From Thermoplasmatales archaeon SW_10_69_26 (GTDB taxonomy: Archaea > Thermoplasmatota > SW-10-69-26), in the NCBI GenBank assembly GCA_003009755.1, contig PXUB01000001.1:64001-128000 (forward strand): a DNA stretch of 64,000 nucleotides. Reading direction: 5' to 3'. A model generated the notes under the pieces. The model saw only the letters and a list, made by a program, of their open reading frames with translations, did not search any database and was not told the origin of the DNA. The position numbers and the translations under genes are program-made. Of this stretch, positions 10,063 through 19,095 are shown piece by piece. How positions within the stretch are numbered: position 1 is the stretch's first letter; each line of letters begins with the position of its first letter.

Positions 10063-10313
10063 TGGGGCGCACGTTGCCCACGTTCCGGGCGCTGCTGGAC
10101 CGGTTGGAGCGCGAGTGGTCGGACTACCGGCGCGTGCTGTCCGACGAGGAAAAGCGGCGCTGGGACGTACTGTGGCAGCAGGCCCGCCGGCACGCGAGCG
10201 CGAGCACGAACGCGGCGCCGCTGAACCCGATGGAGGCGGCCCTGCTGTCGATGCTGCTCGAGCAGGAGAAACGGCTGCAGGAACTGGAACGCGAGCTGGA
10301 TGCCAGGGACTGA
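10062..10313 (+). CDS. small helical PolB2-associated protein (arCOG07300-like)
   Basis: MGRT.PTFR...EW..YRR.L...ARRHA.A...P.EA.LLSMLLEQ signature. Confidence 0.85.
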   Translation: MGRTLPTFRALLDRLEREWSDYRRVLSDEEKRRWDVLWQQARRHASASTNAAPLNPMEAALLSMLLEQEKRLQELERELDARD

Positions 10314-10545
10314 GGCTCCGGGCCTCGACGGGCGCGAGTGGGCCCCATGGCGAGGTGTCCGGCGCTTGGTTCCCGGACGCGGTTGTCGGGCGTGCCCGCG
10401 GACGCGCTCGCAGCGCCCGCCCAGCGTCTGTTGCGCCGGGCCGGCTCCGGCACCGATGCGCCCGGCGAGGCGGCGTGACCCGGCCCGCGCGTAGTTTCGC
10501 CCATCTCTGACCGGCTGGTTTTCCCGGGACCGTGTCCAACGGGGG

Positions 10546-12897
10546 GTGCGATCCCGCGTGGACGCGTTCGTGCTCGACTGCCACCCGGACCCGGTCGCCA
10601 ACGAGATGGTGCTCTGGTTGAAAACCCGCGACACCGGGCAGGCGTTCTCGCGCCGCTACGACATGGCGGCCACGTTTTACGCGGCCCCGCGCGACGACGA
10701 GCAGGGGCTGGCGGACCTGGAGGCGATGCTGGACGAGGTGCCCCAGGTCACGCACGAGCGCGTCGAGCGCTTGCGATCGCTGGACACCAAGCCCAGCACG
10801 GTGCTCCAGGCGCGCGTTCATACCCTGGACACGTTTCACTCGCTGGCGCGCGCGGTGGACCGGTTGGGCGAGCACCGGGCCTACGATGTGTACGACGTGG
10901 ACTTGGGGCTCTCCCATCAGTTCCTGCTCGAGCACGAGCTGTTCCCGTTCGCGAACGTGCGCGTGGGCGACACCGTGGACGCGGTGGACGGGCAGTGGGA
11001 TTTATCCTACGAGCCGCCCGCGTTGTCGCGGGCCGAGCTCACCGCAACGACGAGCGCGCCCAGCGGCCGCGTGGACCGGCACGCGGACCCGATCGCTAAG
11101 GTGCGCCTGAGCACCGCAAGCGACGAGCGCGTGTTCGACGGACCCGAGAGCCGGATCCTGGCCGAGTTGAACGAGGCGTTGGCCACCGTGGACCCGGACG
11201 TGTTGCTCACCGAGCGCGGCGACCGGTTCCTGGTGCGCTACTTGCACCGCCGGGCGCGCGAGGCCGGCGTGGACCTGCAGTTGGGGCGGGCCCGCGACCC
11301 GGACGAGCCGTTGCGCTCGGGGTCCTCGTACTCCTCGTACGGGCAGATCAAGTACCAACCCCGGGTCGAGGTGCTGCACGGCCGGTTGCACGTGGACAAG
11401 CGCGACTCGTTCTTCTACGACGAGGCGGGCTTTTGGGGGTTGGTGGACCTGTCCCGGATCACGAGCACCCCGCTCCAGGAGCTGGCGCGCGTGGGCGCGG
11501 GCACGGCGGTGACGGCGATCCAGATCGACCGCGCCAAGCGTGAGGGCCGCCTGGTGCCCTGGAAGAAGAACTTCCCCGAGGAGCCGAAGACCGAGCACAC
11601 GCTGGTCAAGGCCGACCGAGGCGGGTTCATCTTCGACCCCGACGTGGGCGTGTTCGAGAACGTGGTCGAGCTGGACTTCGCGTCGATGTACCCGAACATC
11701 ATGGTCACGCGCAACGTGAGCCCGGAGACGATCCTGTGCGATTGCTGCGACCCCGACGACGAGGGGGTTCAACGGGTGCCCCAGGTCGGGTACCACACGT
11801 GCAAGGACAGCGGGTTCATCGGGCGCGCGCTCGAGCCGTTGATCGACCGGCGCGAGCGGTTCAAGCGGCTCCGCGGCGAGCACCCCGAGGAGAGGGACCG
11901 CTACCAGGCCGCCGTGGACGCGATCAAGTGGCTGGCCGTGTGCTCGTTCGGGTATCAAGGCTACAAGAACGCGCGTTTCGGCCGCATCGAGTGCCACGAG
12001 GCGATCTGCGCGTGGGGTCGCGAGATCCTGCTCACCTGCTCGGAGATCGCCCGCGAGGAGGGCTTCGAGATCGTGCACGGGATCGTGGACAGCGTCTGGG
12101 TGCAACCCGTGGAGGACTGGGCGGACCCCCAGCGCTTGGCCCGCCGGGTCACCGAGGCCCTCGACATCGAGCTCGAGGTCGAGGGCACCTACGATTGGAT
12201 CGTGTTCTTGCCCACGCGCTCCTACGCGTTGGGCCTGGAGCCGGAGGCCGAGGACGAGGTCGAGGCCGCCGGCGCCCTCAACCGTTTCTACGGGTGCTTC
12301 GCGACGCCGCCGGACGCGCCCTCGCGCAGCCAAGCCGGGCAAGAGGCGGACTATATCGAGCAGGGCCGGGTCAAGGTGCGCGGTGTCGAGTTGCGGCAGC
12401 GTTCGTGTCCGGGCGTGGTGCAGCGCGCCCAAGAGGTGGTGTTGCGCGAGCTGGCGCGGGCCCGCGACCGCGAGGGCTTCCGCGAGCGGTTGCCGCACGC
12501 CCTGGACCGCGTGGAACCCATGCTCGACGATCTCCGTGCCGGCCGCGTGGGCTCGGAGGACCTGACGATCACGAAGCGCGTCTCGCGCCGCGCGGAGGAC
12601 TACCGGTCCCGCACGGACACGTGGGCCGCGCTCTCCCAGCTCGAGCAAGCCGGCGTGGACGTGCCCCCGGGCGATTTCGTGCGGTTCGTGGTCACCGACG
12701 ACGACGCCACCGCGCCCGAGCACCGGCTCGTGGAGACCCGATGCATGGATGGCGAGCCCGACTACGATCACGACCACTACGAGACGCTGATCCTGCGCGG
12801 GCTCGAGTCCCTGTTGTTGCCGCTGGGCTGGGATCAAGAACGCCTGGGGGACCGGTTCGCGCGCGTCGACGAGCCCACACTGTGGCGGTTCGCGTGA
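10546..12897 (+). CDS. polB2: family B DNA polymerase, PolB2 group
   Basis: LDFASMYPNIM, KWLAVCSFGYQGY, and HGIVDS in place of YGDTDS, as typical of PolB2; KVRGVELR. Confidence 0.92.
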   Translation: MRSRVDAFVLDCHPDPVANEMVLWLKTRDTGQAFSRRYDMAATFYAAPRDDEQGLADLEAMLDEVPQVTHERVERLRSLDTKPSTVLQARVHTLDTFHSLARAVDRLGEHRAYDVYDVDLGLSHQFLLEHELFPFANVRVGDTVDAVDGQWDLSYEPPALSRAELTATTSAPSGRVDRHADPIAKVRLSTASDERVFDGPESRILAELNEALATVDPDVLLTERGDRFLVRYLHRRAREAGVDLQLGRARDPDEPLRSGSSYSSYGQIKYQPRVEVLHGRLHVDKRDSFFYDEAGFWGLVDLSRITSTPLQELARVGAGTAVTAIQIDRAKREGRLVPWKKNFPEEPKTEHTLVKADRGGFIFDPDVGVFENVVELDFASMYPNIMVTRNVSPETILCDCCDPDDEGVQRVPQVGYHTCKDSGFIGRALEPLIDRRERFKRLRGEHPEERDRYQAAVDAIKWLAVCSFGYQGYKNARFGRIECHEAICAWGREILLTCSEIAREEGFEIVHGIVDSVWVQPVEDWADPQRLARRVTEALDIELEVEGTYDWIVFLPTRSYALGLEPEAEDEVEAAGALNRFYGCFATPPDAPSRSQAGQEADYIEQGRVKVRGVELRQRSCPGVVQRAQEVVLRELARARDREGFRERLPHALDRVEPMLDDLRAGRVGSEDLTITKRVSRRAEDYRSRTDTWAALSQLEQAGVDVPPGDFVRFVVTDDDATAPEHRLVETRCMDGEPDYDHDHYETLILRGLESLLLPLGWDQERLGDRFARVDEPTLWRFA

Positions 12898-13094
12898 TGG
12901 GGCGGCTGGCGCTTGGGGCGTGGCATCGGGTTGGGATCGGTTCCGACGGGTTGTGCAGGTCGTGGACCTCGGAGACGTGCCGTGGCACGGTTCGCGGGGC
13001 CGGCGGGGTCGCCATCGACGACCGGAACCGAGGCCAGTGGTCCGAGAAGGTTTAACATCTCGTGGCTGCCTGCGGCGCTCGGAGGAGGGAGGCC

Positions 13095-14216
13095 ATGCGA
13101 CCACAGTCCACGCTCGTCGTCGCGCTCGTCGCCGTGATCACCACCACCGGGTTCGTGCCCGTGGGCAGTGCGATGGGCATGCACGATGCCGAGCCAACCA
13201 GCGACGAGCGCCACGAGGTCCTGGACCCGGCACCGGTCTCTACTGTCGAAGCGGCGGATTGCGTCCCCCACCCACCGATCCGGATCACCGAGAACCAGGG
13301 CCCCGACGGGTTCATCCTCGGCCACGAACCGGCCACCGGCGAACCCATCTATCGACCCGGTAGCGGCGTCACGGCCGGCGAGGGCACCGAGGAGGACCCC
13401 TACGTGATCTCGGGTTGGTGCATCGAGGACTCCCCCATCAGCGAGGTCACCAACCGCCTCTTGGGGATCGAGATCCGTGGAACGAGCGCGCACGTTGTCA
13501 TCCAAGACAACGTCATCACAGGACACGATCGCGGTGGGATGAAGCTGGATGGAGCCGAGACCGTAACCATCCACAACAACACCATCACCGACAACGGCCG
13601 GGGCGGCCTGATCCTGTCGGGGTCCAGCCCCTACGTGGTGCAGGACAACACCCTCACCGACAACGACCGGTACGGCGTGGTCCTGTACGGGACCAGCGAC
13701 AGCGTGGTGCAGGACAACACCCTCACCGAGAACGACGACGCCGTGGTCCTGTTCAGGTCCAGCCACAGCGTGGTGCAGGACAACACCCTCACCGAGAACG
13801 ACGACGGCGTCGTCCTGTCGGGGTCCAACGACAACGCGGTGCGGGACAACACCATCACCGACAACGCCGACGGCGTGGAGCTGTTCAGGTCCAGCAACAA
13901 CGCGGTGCGCGCCAACACCGTCACCGACAACGGCGACGACGGCGTGGTCCTGTTCGAGCTTAGCGACAACAACGTGGTGGAGAACAACAACATCCACGAC
14001 AACACCGGCGCCGGCCTCCTCGCCGAGGACCTCTCCGAGCCCGTGGACGCCACCGACAACTGGTGGGGCCACGACACCGGCCCCAGCGGCGGCGAAACCG
14101 ACGCCTGCACCGACACCACCGCCGACGGGCAAGGCGACGCGATCACGACAAGCAACGCCGAGGTGTGCTTTGCCCCGTGGCGAACCAGCCCGAACCCCGA
14201 CGCGGGCGCGGGCTGA
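13095..14216 (+). CDS. secreted right-handed parallel beta-helix protein, paralog 2
   Basis: Near-identical N- and C-termini to 6551-7699; DNTLTEN/DNTITDN repeats; DATDNWWG. Confidence 0.9.
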   Translation: MRPQSTLVVALVAVITTTGFVPVGSAMGMHDAEPTSDERHEVLDPAPVSTVEAADCVPHPPIRITENQGPDGFILGHEPATGEPIYRPGSGVTAGEGTEEDPYVISGWCIEDSPISEVTNRLLGIEIRGTSAHVVIQDNVITGHDRGGMKLDGAETVTIHNNTITDNGRGGLILSGSSPYVVQDNTLTDNDRYGVVLYGTSDSVVQDNTLTENDDAVVLFRSSHSVVQDNTLTENDDGVVLSGSNDNAVRDNTITDNADGVELFRSSNNAVRANTVTDNGDDGVVLFELSDNNVVENNNIHDNTGAGLLAEDLSEPVDATDNWWGHDTGPSGGETDACTDTTADGQGDAITTSNAEVCFAPWRTSPNPDAGAG

Positions 14217-14450
14217 GTGCGCCCACAAGCGTGTCCCCCGCGCGTTCGATTCCAACCCGCCCTACCGTGACAGGTGGCCAGCGCGGGGTGCCGACGCTGG
14301 TTTTCGGGGGTCGCGCAGCCGCGAGCCCTAGACTGCCGGCTGTGCTTGGGTTAAGCTCTCGCTCGGCCTCAGGCGGTGAAAGCGCGGAGCCGAGACGAAG
14401 GAGTAGCCGGAGGCTACTTCGATGTCCGCCGCCTGAGGGCGGCCCCGCCG

Positions 14451-14768
14451 TGAGGGGGGTCACGGAGACCGCTCCCCCTCGATTTGGTGAACATTTCCTG
14501 GCCACCCGCTCGGATGGGGAAACCGTGAGACCGGAAATGTTCTGGTGCGCCGGTCTGCGGCGGGCAATCTTGCTGTACGAATCGAAGATGCGCAGCCGAG
14601 ATCGGTCCGGACGGCGGACCGATGCTCGGCCGTTGTCGCCCCCGTGAGATCTCGCCCGCCCGGGCGATCTTAGCCGCGACCGGATCCCTGATCCGGGCCG
14701 TGTCCGTCGACAACCCGACTGAGGGGGGTCGCAGCCACCGCTCCCCCTCGATTTGATGAAAATTTCCT
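14451..14768. repeat. two copies of a ~48 bp hairpin repeat (14451-14499, 14720-14768) bracketing a copy of the 125 bp family (14644-14716)
   Basis: TGAGGGGGGTC...ACCGCTCCCCCTCGATTTG.TGAA.ATTTCCT occurs twice. Confidence 0.75.
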
Positions 14769-14836
14769 CTCCGACCGCGGGCCTGCAACCACCGGAGGCG
14801 GCAGTCTAGCTCGGTACGTCTCGCCCCGAGGCCCCT

Positions 14837-15157
14837 TCACCGGTCGGTCCCGCGGCCGAAGAACTGCCCCAGCAGCTCGGCCTGGTCGTCCTCGTAGGGA
14901 TCGCGGACGAGCCGGACCTCGGTCCCCTCCGAGACGGGGTGCCGCACGCGGACCTCGGCCTCCTGCCCCTCGTCGGCCGACTCGACCGGTTCGCGGTTCT
15001 GCCGCAGGGCGGTGACCGCCTCCTCGAAGTCGGCGTCCGTCCCCTGGAAGTGGACGACGTCACCCAGCTCGAGGTGGCCCTTGTCCACACGCACGTTCGC
15101 CATCTGCGTCTCCGGCGAGTAGGATCGCACCGTGCCGACGTGCTCCTCAGGTTGCAT
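14837..15157 (-). CDS. small beta-barrel protein (translation-factor-like / U32 C-terminal-like)
   Basis: VGTVRSY...LELGDVVHFQG..DFEEAV..L......VESADEGQE pattern. Confidence 0.7.
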   Translation of the reverse strand: MQPEEHVGTVRSYSPETQMANVRVDKGHLELGDVVHFQGTDADFEEAVTALRQNREPVESADEGQEAEVRVRHPVSEGTEVRLVRDPYEDDQAELLGQFFGRGTDR

Positions 15158-15267
15158 ACCCCGCCCTTTCATGCCAACCCCTGTCAAGGGTTCCTCAGCG
15201 GGTCCTTGCCGGTCCCAGGGCCGCCTTGAACGACAGGCTTTTGTCCACCCGATCCGCCTCGTGGGCG

Positions 15268-16332
15268 ATGGCGTCGCTGGGCGAACGGCTCGCCGAGGCC
15301 CGCAAGGCCGGACATCAACTGGCGCGGGCGCCCGAGCGTCGCAAGGTGGCCGTGGCCGCCTTCGTGGACGAGCTGGCCCCCGCGGACCGGCCCTCACTGT
15401 TCCCGGACGCGCGCTCGGTCGCCGCCTTCGAGGACCCCATCGGCACGATCACCGCCACCCGCGAGACCGCCCCTGGCCGGCAGACGGTGGACGTGCGGGT
15501 GCCGGCGGGGCTCGTGCTCGCCGATGCGCCAGCCGTGGATCTGATCGCGGCCGCGATCGCCGCCGGCGACGCCCTCGCCCTGACCGGCGCCGACGACCGC
15601 CTGGCGTTGGCCCGCCAGGCCCTGGAGACCGCCGGCCTCCCAGTGCAGGCCTTGCTCGCCCTCGAGACGGGCGAGGGCGAGGAGGCCGGCGCCCACGCCG
15701 ATCGGGTGATCGGCGGGCCCTCGCCCTCCAGAGATCGGACCGGCGCCTGCCACGTGTTCGTGGACGGAGCCGCCGACGTCGACGAGGCGCTGGCCGTGTG
15801 CCGGGAGGCCCTCACCGGCGAACCGCAGGCCGTGCAGGCGGACACCGTGCTGGTTCACGAAGCCCTGGAAGGGGCGTTGTTGCCTGCGCTGGGCGAGGCG
15901 TTGGCCGAGACGGGGATCGAGCCCGTGGCCGGCGAGGTGGCTCGCCGACGGCTCTCCCGTGCCCGCCCCGCCGAGCGAGCCACCTGGTTGGGCCGGTCGG
16001 GATCGAGGGCTGTCGGTGTCCGGGTCGTGGGCTCGGTGACCGAGGCGCTGGCGCACGTTCACGCTCACGGCTCGGGCCGTTCGGAGGCGATCGTCACCGC
16101 CGAACCGAGCGCAGCCGAGTCCTTCCTCTTGGGCGCCGAGGCCGAGCACGCGGTCCTCAACGGGCCGACGACGCTGGGCGCCCAACCGCGGCCGCCGAGG
16201 GACACCGTGGAGCCGGATGCGGTGGACGTGGAGGCGCTCACCGCGACCCGGAGCCTCCACCTGCCGGCGCCCGAGGAGGCCCCGGCGGCGACGCTGGCCG
16301 AGCGACTCGATCGAGCGCTGAGGCCGCGGTGA
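15268..16332 (+). CDS. divergent gamma-glutamyl phosphate reductase (ProA)-like protein
   Basis: GACHVFVDGAAD, VLVHEA, EALAHVHAHGSGRSEAIVT motifs; catalytic Cys region altered. Confidence 0.7.
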   Translation: MASLGERLAEARKAGHQLARAPERRKVAVAAFVDELAPADRPSLFPDARSVAAFEDPIGTITATRETAPGRQTVDVRVPAGLVLADAPAVDLIAAAIAAGDALALTGADDRLALARQALETAGLPVQALLALETGEGEEAGAHADRVIGGPSPSRDRTGACHVFVDGAADVDEALAVCREALTGEPQAVQADTVLVHEALEGALLPALGEALAETGIEPVAGEVARRRLSRARPAERATWLGRSGSRAVGVRVVGSVTEALAHVHAHGSGRSEAIVTAEPSAAESFLLGAEAEHAVLNGPTTLGAQPRPPRDTVEPDAVDVEALTATRSLHLPAPEEAPAATLAERLDRALRPR

Positions 16333-16881
16333 TCACCGGGGATCGATGCCGAGGCTCTCGAGGGCCTCCTCGGCGAGCTGTTCGCCCTCGTCGACGGGGG
16401 CGCTCATCGGTTCCCCGCCCGCTCGGGCCTCGAGATCCGGTTCCCGCATGACGCCAGCCCGCCCCTGGACGACGAGCCCGAAGGCCGGCCACCGCAACCG
16501 GGCCCCCTGGGAGTGGGCGTCCACGTCTGGGTCGGCCGGCACGGTCTCGGCGAAGGCCTGCAACCCCCGAGCCATGCGCCAGGCGCTGTGCAGGGCGAAC
16601 GCGACCAGCGTGAGAGCTACGACGAGGCCCAGCTGGAAGGCCAGCGTCATGCCCGTGATGCGCGCCCCGGCGACGATCGGCACCCCGAAGGCTGCCGCCA
16701 GGCCGAGACCTCGCAGGCTGCTGCGCGCCGCCAGGGACCAAGCGCTGGGCACGCGACGGGATGGCTCCCCGGTCAGCAAAAGCGTTGCGGCCGACCGGGG
16801 AAACAGGGCAACACTCACGAGCCCCGGTCGGGTAAGCCTGTGCCCGTGAGTATGCCTGCCTGTCACCGGCTTGGGGCCCAC
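16333..16881 (-). CDS. hypothetical membrane protein
   Basis: Two hydrophobic segments, acidic C-terminus; start uncertain. Confidence 0.5.
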   Translation of the reverse strand: MGPKPVTGRHTHGHRLTRPGLVSVALFPRSAATLLLTGEPSRRVPSAWSLAARSSLRGLGLAAAFGVPIVAGARITGMTLAFQLGLVVALTLVAFALHSAWRMARGLQAFAETVPADPDVDAHSQGARLRWPAFGLVVQGRAGVMREPDLEARAGGEPMSAPVDEGEQLAEEALESLGIDPR

Positions 16882-16898
16882 GGGAGGTCCCGGCGTTG

Positions 16899-17603
16899 GT
16901 GAGCGATCGCCTCCTGTTCGCGTTGGCGGTGGGGCTGGGCTCGTTCCTGGGCCCGATCCTGTTCGCCGCGTGGGTCCGCAACCAGGAACGCTACCACCGG
17001 GAACCCTGGACGCGGGTTGGCTTGGCCTTCGCCTGGGGAGCCACCGGGGCCGTCGTGATGGCGATCGTGTTGAGCCTGCTGGTCACCGCCAGCGCCGTGC
17101 CCCAACCGATCGGCGTCTCCTCGGCGCTGTTCGGCGCCGTGATCGTGGCCCCGATCGTCGAGGAGGCGACCAAGGGCCTGGGTCTGCGATGGGTGAAAGA
17201 CGAGCACGTGGAGCTGGAGGACGGGCTCGTGTACGGGGCCGCCGCCGGCCTGGGGTTCTCGGCGACCGAGAACATCGTGTACGGCGTCAGCGCCTACCTG
17301 CAGGGCGGCCTGCCCTCGGTGTTGTGGACGGTCGGGTTGCGCACGTTCACCTCCTCGCTGTTGCACGCCTCCGCCTCGGCCCTGATCGGGTACGCGTTGT
17401 GGCGTCGCCGCGCCGGCGCCGGCGGGGTCGGGCTCGGCGTCGCCGGGTTCTACGGCGCCGCCGTCCTGCTCCATAGCATGTTCAACGTCGCGGCCAGCGC
17501 GCAGCTCGTGATCACGTTCGTGGCCGGGCTGGCGCTCGCGATCGGCGGCTTCTCGTGGGTCCGCCGACGGGTGCGCGAGCTCGACCGCTCGCCGCCCTTC
17601 TGA
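16899..17603 (+). CDS. PrsW-family intramembrane metalloprotease
   Basis: APIVEEATK, GLGFSATEN, LLHA and LLHSMFN motifs. Confidence 0.9.
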   Translation: MSDRLLFALAVGLGSFLGPILFAAWVRNQERYHREPWTRVGLAFAWGATGAVVMAIVLSLLVTASAVPQPIGVSSALFGAVIVAPIVEEATKGLGLRWVKDEHVELEDGLVYGAAAGLGFSATENIVYGVSAYLQGGLPSVLWTVGLRTFTSSLLHASASALIGYALWRRRAGAGGVGLGVAGFYGAAVLLHSMFNVAASAQLVITFVAGLALAIGGFSWVRRRVRELDRSPPF

Positions 17604-17610
17604 CGTCGGC

Positions 17611-18978
17611 TCACCCTTGGGCTGGGTCGACCTGGCCGTACCAGATCGTGGGCACGTCGGTCGTCGTGTCGGTCCACGTCACGTGGGAGACGCCATCGGC
17701 GTCCACGTCGACCTCGAAGAAGTCCAGCAGCCGACGCTCGTCGCTTCGGCCCTCGAGCACGCAGCCCAGCCCGCCCACGCAGATCGGGCCCTCGTGGTTG
17801 GGCTCGTCGGTGATGCGCGTGACCTCGGCCTGCTCCAGCGTCGAGCCGTTGACCTCGAACTGGAAGCTGGCGTGCATCGGGTACCACTCGCCATCCTGCT
17901 CGCCGGGGGCCGCCTTGCCGCGGGCTTCGTACCAGACGACGGACACGGTCCCGTCCTCGTTGGCGCTCGTCCACGGGAACACCGCCGTGCTGTTCGTCGA
18001 CGACAACGTCACGGGTTCGCTCCAGGTTTCCCCGCCGTCGGTGGTGGTCATCGCCTCGACGCGGGCGGTCCCGTCGAGGGCCTCGCTGTAGACGAACGTC
18101 CACTGGCCCTCGCCGGCGGTGGACAGGCTGGGGAACACGTTGGCCGCGGGCCCGTCGGCGTCGGGCGCGTCGGTCCGCGTCCAATCCATCGCCTCGCCGG
18201 TCGGCGAGGTGAGCACGCTCAGGTTCGCGCCGTCCTCGCCACCGATGCAGGGGATGACCAGCTCGTCGCCGGGATCCAGGGCCGGGTCGGCCTGGCTGCA
18301 GCTCGGGATCGAGACGTCCTGGAGGAACGTCTGGCCGCCGTCGACGCTGCGGGCGACGCGGTAGCCGGTGCTCGTCTGCAGGTACTTGACGTACACCTCG
18401 TCCTCCCCGGCACCGGTGATCCACGGGCGATCGGTGCCGGGAAGGCCGGCCGCGCTCTGGGCGGCCAGCCACGTCTCGCCGCCGTCGTCGCTGGCGGAGA
18501 CGCCGTTGGAGGCCAGCATCGAGAGGTCGACGAAGTAGGCGCGCCCGCCCTCGTCCTGCGAGAGGTCGCCCTCGACGCCGGGCACGGCGTTCCGGTAGGG
18601 CGTGTACTCGTCACTGGGACCGGGCGTGTCGATGTCGACCAGATCCCAGCGTTCCCCGTCGTCGGTGGATCGCCAGATGTAGGATTGACCGAAGTGGCCG
18701 GGCGCGTCGGTGGGATCCTCGATGTAGCGCGAGAACCCGCCGGCGCCGGTGATCAACAGCGTGCCGTCGTCGAGCGCGAGGATCGAGGGCTCACCCGACC
18801 AGCGATCCTCGACCTGGACGACCCGCTCCACGGTCTCGGACACGTTCGGCAGGCCCGCCCGCTCCTCGACGTCCTCGGCGGACTGGGCGTCGAGATCCTC
18901 CCCATCCCCGCCGGTGCCAAGGCACCCGGCGAGCACGGCCAACAGCGCCACTCCCAAGATCGACCAGCGACGGTGCAC
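17611..18978 (-). CDS. lipoprotein with BNR/Asp-box repeats (sialidase-like propeller)
   Basis: LAGC lipobox; STDDGERW, SDDGGETW, SVDGGQTF, TTDGGETW Asp-boxes. Confidence 0.85.
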   Translation of the reverse strand: MHRRWSILGVALLAVLAGCLGTGGDGEDLDAQSAEDVEERAGLPNVSETVERVVQVEDRWSGEPSILALDDGTLLITGAGGFSRYIEDPTDAPGHFGQSYIWRSTDDGERWDLVDIDTPGPSDEYTPYRNAVPGVEGDLSQDEGGRAYFVDLSMLASNGVSASDDGGETWLAAQSAAGLPGTDRPWITGAGEDEVYVKYLQTSTGYRVARSVDGGQTFLQDVSIPSCSQADPALDPGDELVIPCIGGEDGANLSVLTSPTGEAMDWTRTDAPDADGPAANVFPSLSTAGEGQWTFVYSEALDGTARVEAMTTTDGGETWSEPVTLSSTNSTAVFPWTSANEDGTVSVVWYEARGKAAPGEQDGEWYPMHASFQFEVNGSTLEQAEVTRITDEPNHEGPICVGGLGCVLEGRSDERRLLDFFEVDVDADGVSHVTWTDTTTDVPTIWYGQVDPAQG

Positions 18979-19095
18979 GGGCCCCGAGGCGATCTGGCAC
19001 GGCAAAACCGTTGGGGTGCCACGGGCGAGGGCGGCCCCGCGGGACGAGATGCGAAGGCCCAAGATCCAGGCCGTTACTCGTCGGGCTGGCTCAGG

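Noticed and set aside
17617-19095. Long antisense or alternate-frame ORFs (e.g. N-terminal half of 17617-20817, 8689-10935, 42009-44744)
   Set aside because: High-GC shadow ORFs overlapping well-supported genes; Arg/Gly/Pro-rich with no motifs
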